DNA from: Promethearchaeia archaeon
Lineage (GTDB): Archaea; Asgardarchaeota; Lokiarchaeia; Sigyniarchaeales; SOKP01
Direction: 5' to 3'
Assembly: GCA_029856105.1 (NCBI GenBank)
Contig: JAHQWH010000222.1
Span: forward strand, 1-14,337
DNA: 14,337 nucleotides
Shown here: piece after piece, positions 7,608 to 14,220 of the stretch
How positions within the stretch are numbered: the first letter of the stretch is position 1
Layout: the number at the start of each line of letters is the position of its first letter
Made by a program: the position numbers and the translations under genes
The notes under the pieces: model-generated
Databases searched by the model: none
What the model saw: the letters and a program-made list of their open reading frames with translations, nothing else
What the model was told of the DNA's origin: nothing

Positions 7608-10517
7608 TTGAATATTCTGACATTAGACGAAAGAAAAGTTGAAGAATTGATTTTAAGCGGAGGCTATGAAAAAGCCGCTGAAGAACTTTTTGAAATTATT
7701 GAAAATCCAGAGAACTCAAATAAAGAACTACTATACGATAGTTTAACTTTATTAAATAAAATCTGTGATAAGTCACCAGCAATTTCTTTAAGAACTGTAA
7801 AAAACTTAGCAAATACAATAAGTGATCTTAACTCGTGGATTAGATTAGTTTCTTTAGAAATTCTTTATCAAATTTCGATGTATCGTCCAAACTTACTAAT
7901 TGATCTAATAAATAATATAAGGTCACGACTTTTTGATCAGGAACCCTCTATTAGGCGATTAACTGTAAAGATTATAGGAAATTTAATTCTTTCTTTACAC
8001 CTCGATAGAGAAAAGTTACGAGACATTATTGAAGAATTTACAGAGAAATTGATCGATAATGACTGGAAGGTTAAACTTCAGGTTATCAAAACTCTTAAGA
8101 GAATTATAAATCAAGACTACACTAAGATACGAGAATTAGAGCCGTTACTTTCTATCGTAATCGTTAATTTAAGGGACGAAGACGATGATGTTGCGAGATC
8201 ATCCGCGGAACTTTTGAAAATCCTTGGTACATATTTTCTATCTAAGGAAAATATTATGTATGTTTTATTAAACCTTCTTTACAACGAAAAAGCTCGCGTA
8301 AAAGAACTTATTATTTGGCTAATCGGAGAAATAGGAAAAGAAAAATCGTCAGAAATAATTCCAATAATACCAAAATTGATTAACCTTTTAAAAGAAAATA
8401 ACTACCGTATCCAACTTAGAGTAATCGATTCTTTAGTAAACATTGCGGAGAACAATTTTGATCAAATTTGGGCGAACTTAAAAACAGCTTTATATACGGC
8501 CGACTCCGAATTTAGAAATGTAATCATTAATGCGCTGTATCACTTATGTCAAGCTAATATCATGGAAGTTTTTAATTATATCTTTGAAGAATTTGAAAAT
8601 CCCTCTGAAAATGTCAGAGACGCGGTTGCTCTCGTTTTTAAGCGCCTCTATGAAGAGTATCAAGTAGAAATTGAGAACGAAATTGCAAAAATTTTATACC
8701 AACTAGAATCTAAATATTGGCGCCAAAGAAAAAAAACCATTATTCTTTTGAGGAATATAAGCTTCATATTAGAAAGTCAAAAAGTTGCAGTCTGGATTTT
8801 TATAGAATTGGAAAAAATTTTAAAAATTGAAAGCGATCCAGATGTAAACGAAGAAATTATTTATACGATAAAAACTACCAAAGCAAAATTTAAAGAAATT
8901 GAAAAAACAATTCAAAATGTTAACGAAGATTTAGAAATATTTCTTAAAAAAATTCACGAATTCCAAAAAATTCCGGCTCAATTTAGAGAAAAAATGAATT
9001 CATACATAAAAGAATTCAAATTTTACGAGACTGAAATAGAACTAGATAAGGTATACCGCACAATTTTAAAAAAAATAAAGAAATTTAACAAGAGACTAAA
9101 TAAATTCGAGTACAAGAGATTAGCGTTTAACTTAATAGAGGATTGGGAAGAAACTAAAGTTACCATTATTGATGAACTCAGTATTATAAAAGGATTCATT
9201 TCAGAGATTTTTGAAGAAAAGAAAGCAGAATTTACTATTAGCCTTAGATCAAAAGTTAAACTTTTAGAGGACCGTATTAAAGTTTTAAAAGTTCAATTTG
9301 ACTATGTGAAGGCGTATAAACTTCCCGAAAGTTTTGACGAGTTGATATTAGAGAATTTTCAAGATGACGAAATCGAAGAGAGATTCGAACAAATTACACA
9401 ACTTAGAAATTATTTATTCAAACTTGATGACGACATTCGTGAAATTTTAGTACGGAACGTAGAGTTTAACGAAGTTTTTAAGGGTTTGTTAAAAAACTGG
9501 GTTGCTGTTAAGATTGAACTTCAAGAATATTTGAGCGATTTAGATAGAAAAATCAAATCAATAAAAGATAGAATCGTAATCGAAATTCAACGCTCTAATG
9601 GCAACATTAAAGACCAAAAACTTAACATGTTATCTTCAATATTATTCCAAGGTCATATACAATCAGTAATCACGCAAGGAATTGAAGGTCTTAAACGATT
9701 TAACGATAATTTCGTTAATTTAGAATCAAAATTAGGTATGTTGCTAAAAAGGAGTGAATTCTCGGACGCAAGAAAGCTTATAGAAATGAATACTAACCAA
9801 ATTCAAAATTTTATCGAGGATTATGAAAATCAAATAGACAATATTATAGGAAAACTAACTGAAGATAACGATGTTTTTAACCTATATGTAAGACCTTCTA
9901 TTACAAAATTTGTATCTTTTAAGGAAATGCTTATCAATAAATTAAAAATCTTTACACAAAAGAGTACTGATAAACTTTTCTTAAATCAAATAAAATATTA
10001 TCTCGATGTCATGAATCCTATTAAATTGGAGAGTCTTTCCTCTTTTATAGATTTAGATATCGATCTGTTGAAAGAAAAACTTGTAAAGTTCGTTAACAAA
10101 AATAAGCTCAATGCGAGAATTATTAAGGACAGCCTTTATTCGCCAAGGATAGAAGATATTATTGAACCGAAGGATATTCTTTTCTTCAAGAGCATAAAGA
10201 CGATCGGAAATAAGATTTATTTTAATTTTAAATTGAACAATCCAACCAATCTATTGTTTTCGGAATTACAAATTTCTCTTAAAACTCCTGTGTACTTAAC
10301 CTTTTTGAGAAAAGAAAGCTTCCCTAAATATCTATATATTAACGAGTTAAAACCTGGAAATGTGTTTAAGTTTAATTATGTCTTAAGAATCGAACGAAAT
10401 ATTGAAAAAAACTTAACAGACCCAACAGTTGACGAAGTTAACCTTAATATATATTATAAAGACCCTTTCGACATTACACGTAGAATAACTAAGAAGATAG
10501 ATCTTTTACTTCCCTAA
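7608..10517 (+). CDS. Large HEAT-repeat solenoid protein with coiled-coil, PCI/winged-helix-like segment and C-terminal Ig-like beta-sandwich
   Basis: About 9-10 HEAT repeats in aa 1-430 (DLNSWIRLVSLEIL, DQEPSIRRLTVKII, DNDWKVKLQVIKTL, DEDDDVARSSAELL, ENPSENVRDAVALV). Helical/coiled-coil middle. IKLESLSSFIDLDIDLLKEKLVKFVNKNKLNARI at about aa 805-840. Beta-rich tail (FNFKLNNPT..FSELQISL, INELKPG, LNIYYKD). TTG start uncertain. Confidence 0.8.
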   Translation: MNILTLDERKVEELILSGGYEKAAEELFEIIENPENSNKELLYDSLTLLNKICDKSPAISLRTVKNLANTISDLNSWIRLVSLEILYQISMYRPNLLIDLINNIRSRLFDQEPSIRRLTVKIIGNLILSLHLDREKLRDIIEEFTEKLIDNDWKVKLQVIKTLKRIINQDYTKIRELEPLLSIVIVNLRDEDDDVARSSAELLKILGTYFLSKENIMYVLLNLLYNEKARVKELIIWLIGEIGKEKSSEIIPIIPKLINLLKENNYRIQLRVIDSLVNIAENNFDQIWANLKTALYTADSEFRNVIINALYHLCQANIMEVFNYIFEEFENPSENVRDAVALVFKRLYEEYQVEIENEIAKILYQLESKYWRQRKKTIILLRNISFILESQKVAVWIFIELEKILKIESDPDVNEEIIYTIKTTKAKFKEIEKTIQNVNEDLEIFLKKIHEFQKIPAQFREKMNSYIKEFKFYETEIELDKVYRTILKKIKKFNKRLNKFEYKRLAFNLIEDWEETKVTIIDELSIIKGFISEIFEEKKAEFTISLRSKVKLLEDRIKVLKVQFDYVKAYKLPESFDELILENFQDDEIEERFEQITQLRNYLFKLDDDIREILVRNVEFNEVFKGLLKNWVAVKIELQEYLSDLDRKIKSIKDRIVIEIQRSNGNIKDQKLNMLSSILFQGHIQSVITQGIEGLKRFNDNFVNLESKLGMLLKRSEFSDARKLIEMNTNQIQNFIEDYENQIDNIIGKLTEDNDVFNLYVRPSITKFVSFKEMLINKLKIFTQKSTDKLFLNQIKYYLDVMNPIKLESLSSFIDLDIDLLKEKLVKFVNKNKLNARIIKDSLYSPRIEDIIEPKDILFFKSIKTIGNKIYFNFKLNNPTNLLFSELQISLKTPVYLTFLRKESFPKYLYINELKPGNVFKFNYVLRIERNIEKNLTDPTVDEVNLNIYYKDPFDITRRITKKIDLLLP

Positions 10518-10563
10518 TAATTTATTAGTTTTTTCTATAGAAACTAAAAAAATCTACTTTTTA

Positions 10564-10629
10564 TATCGAAATTGTAAATAATTTATTACGAAAATATTAA
10601 TATAATCAGATAGTCTTTTAAATTCACAA
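10564..10629 (+). promoter_or_regulatory. selD copy 1 promoter: upstream TATCGAA, BRE-like CGAAAA, TATA-like TATTAATA, putative initiator region
   Basis: TATCGAA (10564-10570), 18 nt, CGA-A-AATATTAATA (10589-10602), 18 nt, AATTCACAA (10621-10629). The same motifs recur with identical spacing before copy 2. Confidence 0.65.
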
Positions 10630-10660
10630 CCAATAAGGTTTATAACATTTTTAAAAAACC

Positions 10661-10669
10661 GTGAGGTGA
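10661..10669 (+). promoter_or_regulatory. Shine-Dalgarno of selD copy 1
   Basis: GTGAGGTGA directly abuts ATG 10670 and is complementary to the archaeal 16S 3' end. The identical 9-mer precedes copy 2. Confidence 0.75.
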
Positions 10670-11707
10670 ATGCTACAAGAAGAAGAGAGTTATCGCTTGA
10701 CACTGCAGACTAAATTATTCGGATGAAACTGTAAACTTGATTCTAAAAAATTAGACGAATTGTTGGCTGGCGCTGGCTTGAAAGGAGATATCGAGGATTC
10801 TGCTGTAATTCCCGTACCAAACACCGATTTAGTACTGGTAAAAAACATTGACATCTTCACACCGATTATCGACGAACCAGATATAATGGGTGAAATCGCT
10901 GCTGCAAACGTAACTAACGATGTTTTCGCGTTAAACGTTCTGGAAATCTCAGGAATGCTAGTATTTCTTGGCTTAAAAAAAAATATGCCTATGCACATCG
11001 CAGAAGGAATATTGAAAGGTATTAGAAATTTCATGGAAAATAAAATACACTCGAAAGTACTTGGAGGACATACAATCTATTCAGAATGGCCTTTAATTGG
11101 CGGTGAAGCTTCAGGATTCGTCAATAAAAACAAACTGATTAAAAAGAACTACGTAGAAGAGGGTGATAAATTAATACTGACTAAACCCGTGGGAAACCAA
11201 GCAATCATGGCTGCATATCGCTTACAAAAAAACAGACCAGACCTCTTAGAAACTTACTCCAAAGCCAAAATCGATAAATCAATCGATTTGGCCATAGAAT
11301 TTATGACTATGCCGCTAAAAAACATTGTAAAGACTATTCATTCTTATCAAGACGTATCTTTCGTACATTCAATGACAGATGTTTCCGGTTTTGCACTCTC
11401 GGGGCATTTAAAGGAGATGCTTCAAGGCTCTAACCTTTCTGCTAATATTAAGAAGGTCCCGATATTTAAACTAGCAAAAGAACTGTCGTACGATTTTGGA
11501 TACAAATTCGATGAATGCGAAATGCCTGAGACCGCCGGGGGTATGCTCCTTTCTGTTGATCATAATTATGCTGAAGAATTCTCCAAGAGACTTGCTAATG
11601 AACATCAAGTGTCTAATTGGATTGTAGGAACAATCGATAACATTAATGAAACTCGACAGGTTCAAATTTCAAAAAATGTTGAACATATCGAAATAACTGA
11701 AATTTAA
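10670..11707 (+). CDS. selD: Selenide, water dikinase (selenophosphate synthetase), selenoprotein, copy 1; 345 aa, Sec19 (TGA 10724-10726)
   Basis: Manual translation from ATG 10670 gives MLQEEESYRLTLQTKLFG-U-NCKLDSKKLDELLAGAG..., in frame with the 10760 ORF. The TGA aligns with the catalytic Cys/Sec of the SelD G-C-x-C-K motif. Other motifs: DIFTPIIDEP, GGHTI, GDKLILTKP.G, TDVSGFALSGH, ETAGGML. A SECIS follows the stop. Confidence 0.95.
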
Positions 11708-11778
11708 CGATGTCAATGAAATAAGCTAAAACACTGTATGTGAGCGCTTATTGAGAGTTCCATCGCAAGACGGCATCG
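11708..11778 (+). promoter_or_regulatory. Eukaryote-type 3'UTR SECIS element of selD copy 1
   Basis: Helix I CGATG(TC)/(GG)CATCG. Core ATGA 11716-11719 with GA 11753-11754. Helix II AATAAGC/GCTTATT. Apical AAAA 11728-11731. Mini-helix CAC/GTG. Side hairpin CCATC-GCAA-GACGG. Confidence 0.92.
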
Positions 11779-11790
11779 AAAAGCTTTACT

Positions 11791-11808
11791 GTTTTTATTT
11801 TCATTTTA
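11791..11808 (+). terminator. T-rich tract after SECIS1, probable terminator of selD copy 1
   Basis: GTTTTTATTTTCATTTT starts about 12 nt after the SECIS. Archaeal intrinsic terminators are oligo-U tracts. Confidence 0.45.
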
Positions 11809-11912
11809 TAATTAATTTTCTAAATCTTTATTTTCACTTAGATTTTTTCGCTTCCATTCTATTAAGTACAATCTAAAAAGACGCCTTGAAAACCCTAAAG
11901 AATTTATATTTT

Positions 11913-11944
11913 GATTGAAAAACTCTTCAATCTTTTTTTGTTTT
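11913..11944 (+). terminator. Hairpin plus U-tract between the two selD copies
   Basis: GATTGAA-AAACTC-TTCAATC is a perfect 7-bp stem (11913-11932), followed by TTTTTTTGTTTT. Confidence 0.45.
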
Positions 11945-12067
11945 AACCGGAAAATAAGCATACAATAAAATTACTTAAGCAGTTTTTAGTTACCTTGAAA
12001 ACCAACTGTTTTATTAAAGTCCTTATAACATGGGTGTAATATTGTTTTAAAATTGATAATAAAAGCT

Positions 12068-12133
12068 TATCGAAGAAATAGATAGATAGAATCGACAATA
12101 TTAATAAATAAGAATGATTTTTTCAATTAACAA
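12068..12133 (+). promoter_or_regulatory. selD copy 2 promoter (homologous to the copy 1 promoter)
   Basis: TATCGAA (12068-12074), 18 nt, CGA-C-AATATTAATA (12093-12106), 18 nt, AATTAACAA (12125-12133). Confidence 0.65.
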
Positions 12134-12190
12134 TTCTTGATTCCTTTATTACATAATAGTTAGTTAATAAAATTTAAAATAAAATAAGAT

Positions 12191-12199
12191 GTGAGGTGA
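12191..12199 (+). promoter_or_regulatory. Shine-Dalgarno of selD copy 2
   Basis: GTGAGGTGA-AAA-ATG(12203). Confidence 0.8.
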
Positions 12200-12202
12200 A
12201 AA

Positions 12203-13231
12203 ATGGAGAAAAAGGAAGTATATAGACTTACTTCACAGGTTAAGATTCACGGATGAAGTTGTAAGCTTGGTTCAAATAGCCTAGAGAACTTACTAGCAAG
12301 AGCGGGATTACAAGGCGATATTGAAGACGCTGCGATCATCCCAGTCCCAAATAGTGATTTAGTAATGGTCAAAAATATTGATGTTTTTACACCTATTGTC
12401 GATGAACCAGAAATTATGGGTCAAATTGCTGCGTCTAATGTAACCAGTGATATATTTGCGATGAATGTTCCAGATATTTCTGGAATGTTAGTATTTTTAG
12501 GGATTAATACTAATACTCCAATGGAAGTAGCTGAGGGAATATTAAAAGGAATCAAATATTTTATGGAAGAAAAAATTAATTCGCAAGTAGTTGGAGGCCA
12601 TACTATATATAGCGAATGGCCAATGATAGGAGGAGAAGCTTCGGGTTTTGCACACAAAGATTCAATAATTCTTAAACAAGGAGTTAAAAAAGGAGATAAA
12701 TTGATTCTAACTAAACCAATTGGCCTACAAGGCACTATGGCCGCTTATAGGACTCTTAAAAATATGCCTGAAATGTTAGAACAATATTCAAAAAGTGAAC
12801 TACAAAAATCGATTGATTATGCTATAGAATTAATGATAACACCAAATCAGAACGTAGTGAAAACTATTCACTCTTATCAAGATTTTTCGTTCGTTCATGC
12901 ACTTACAGATGTTACGGGTTTTGGGCTAAGTGGGCATATAAAAGAAATGCTGCAGAATTCTACCTTATCTGCAATTATTGAAACCATTCCATCAATAAGA
13001 TTTTCAAAGGAACTTTCAGAAGAATTAGGATACGCTTTTGATGATTGTAGCTGTCATGAGACCGCTGGAGGGATGTTGATCGCTATAGATCCCAAAAAGG
13101 TTGAAGAATTTTCAAATACTCTTATTAGTAATAATGTAGAGAATTGGATTGTAGGTACAATTGATAACATTGAACCTGGCTTAGTTAGAGTTGCTGATAA
13201 CGTAGAAAATGTTGAGATTGTTAAGTATTAG
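12203..13231 (+). CDS. selD: Selenide, water dikinase (selenophosphate synthetase), selenoprotein, copy 2; 342 aa, Sec18 (TGA 12254-12256)
   Basis: Manual translation from ATG 12203 gives MEKKEVYRLTSQVKIHG-U-SCKLGSNSLENLLARAGLQGDIEDAAIIPVPNSDLVMVKNID..., in frame with the 12365 ORF. Canonical SDIFAM, GGHTI, LTKPIG and TDVTGFGLSGH. A SECIS follows the stop. Confidence 0.96.
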
Positions 13232-13302
13232 AGATGTCAATGAAATAAGCTAAAACACTATATGTGAGAGTTTATTGAGTTTCCACCCGTAAGGTGGCAT
13301 CT
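13232..13302 (+). promoter_or_regulatory. Eukaryote-type 3'UTR SECIS element of selD copy 2
   Basis: Helix I AGATG(TC)/(GG)CATCT. Core ATGA 13240-13243 with GA 13277-13278. Helix II AATAAGCT/AGTTTATT. Apical AAAA 13252-13255. Mini-helix CAC/GTG. Side hairpin CCACC-CGTAA-GGTGG. 27 consecutive nt (13233-13259) are identical to SECIS1 (11709-11735). Confidence 0.92.
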
Positions 13303-13310
13303 AAAATAAT

Positions 13311-14099
13311 TTATTCCTTAATTTCACCATTCAGATTTATTATAACATCCTTTATTTCTTTCAAAGCTTTTTCAGCCATTTCTTCTCCGTTTTCAACATT
13401 AAAACAGGTTATTGATACTTCTACTTCAACTGAAAGTCCGATCCTTGGGTGTGTTTTAATCCATAACTGAGGATACTTCTCTTCAAGTTTAGTAACATAA
13501 GGAGCTATCTGAGATTCACCAATGCCCATAAATATAAAACCCTTTTCTACGAATTTTCCCCGATTTTCTTTTAATATTGGTTTAATTACGTTAAGAAAAA
13601 TCGCTTTCATTTCAGCGGGAACACCGGGTAGTACGAAAATTGCCGTTTCACCTTCTTTAATTTTCACTCCAGGGGCGGTCCCTCTTATATTTGGTAATGG
13701 TGTCGATCCTTGAGGAAGATGTGCCATTTTTTCTCTTTCTTTGGTCATGCCTTCAAGTTTCAAAATTCCTCTTTCGTAAGCGCGTTCATATGCCTTCTTT
13801 ATAGAGTTATAAGCGTGTTCGTTTAGCTTTATTTCTCGATTTAAACCCTTTGCTATCCCCGCTAAAGTCATATCGTCAAATGTAGGACCAATCCCTCCCG
13901 AAGTAATTATCATATCTGGATTGCGTTTTAAAATAGTTTGTAGAGTATTTGAAATAACCTCAATACTATCTTCTATAGCAGTTATTCTTTTTATCCTATG
14001 CCCGTATTTCGTTATTCTTTTAGCCATCCAATTTGAATTAGTATCTTGGGTCTTTCCAATAAGGATTTCGTTTCCAATTACTAAAATTTCTACTTCCAT
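13311..14099 (-). CDS. CinA N-terminal-like / molybdopterin-binding domain protein (COG1058 pyrophosphatase family), without the PncC domain
   Basis: IGNEILIGKTQDTNSNW, SGGIGPTFDDMT, GTAPG, LPGVPAEMKAIF and GIGESQIAP motifs. Confidence 0.9.
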   Translation of the reverse strand: MEVEILVIGNEILIGKTQDTNSNWMAKRITKYGHRIKRITAIEDSIEVISNTLQTILKRNPDMIITSGGIGPTFDDMTLAGIAKGLNREIKLNEHAYNSIKKAYERAYERGILKLEGMTKEREKMAHLPQGSTPLPNIRGTAPGVKIKEGETAIFVLPGVPAEMKAIFLNVIKPILKENRGKFVEKGFIFMGIGESQIAPYVTKLEEKYPQLWIKTHPRIGLSVEVEVSITCFNVENGEEMAEKALKEIKDVIINLNGEIKE

Positions 14100-14220
14100 T
14101 TTTTTTCGATTATTAGTAAGATTGATTTGATTTTATTTATTTAGACAATCCTTTATCGTTCAAAGGTATTTTAAATTATTCTTAATATCATAATATAATC
14201 AGCAATTTTTATAAAAAGTT

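Noticed and set aside
7460-10553. ATTTTTTTAGTTT (7460, 7481) and its reverse complement at 10541-10553 flanking the HEAT gene, as mobile-element inverted repeats
   Set aside because: Low-complexity terminator-like tracts, with no transposase and no target-site duplication.
10661-10669. GTG-AGG-TGA in frame before ATG 10670 (second Sec or uORF), and ATG-TGA at 12189-12194
   Set aside because: Both are by-products of the SD sequence GAGGTGA. Their frames differ between copies and neither has its own SD.
10724-12256. selD copies as pseudogenes with premature stops
   Set aside because: The TGA is at the same catalytic codon in both diverged copies, the frames are otherwise intact, and both have a SECIS.
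12257-12298. Possible bacterial-type SECIS or Sec-redefinition hairpin just after the UGA of copy 2 (GTAAG/CTTAC, GGTT/AGCC)
   Set aside because: The pairing is weak and bulged and is not conserved in copy 1, which has only a different TCTAA/TTAGA stem. The 3'UTR element explains the recoding.
11708-13302. The 71-nt repeat as a CRISPR repeat, REP/MITE or plain terminator
   Set aside because: There are only two copies, each tied to a selD stop codon. There are no spacers or target-site duplications, and the internal motifs match SECIS.
3908-14130. Short opposite-strand ORFs (3908-4090, 4401-4604, 6863-7054, 10690-11034, 11471-11665, 12421-12735, 13522-13713, 13921-14130)
   Set aside because: They are antisense shadows of well-supported genes with no recognisable motifs. 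The similarity of 10690-11034 to 12421-12735 merely mirrors the selD paralogy.
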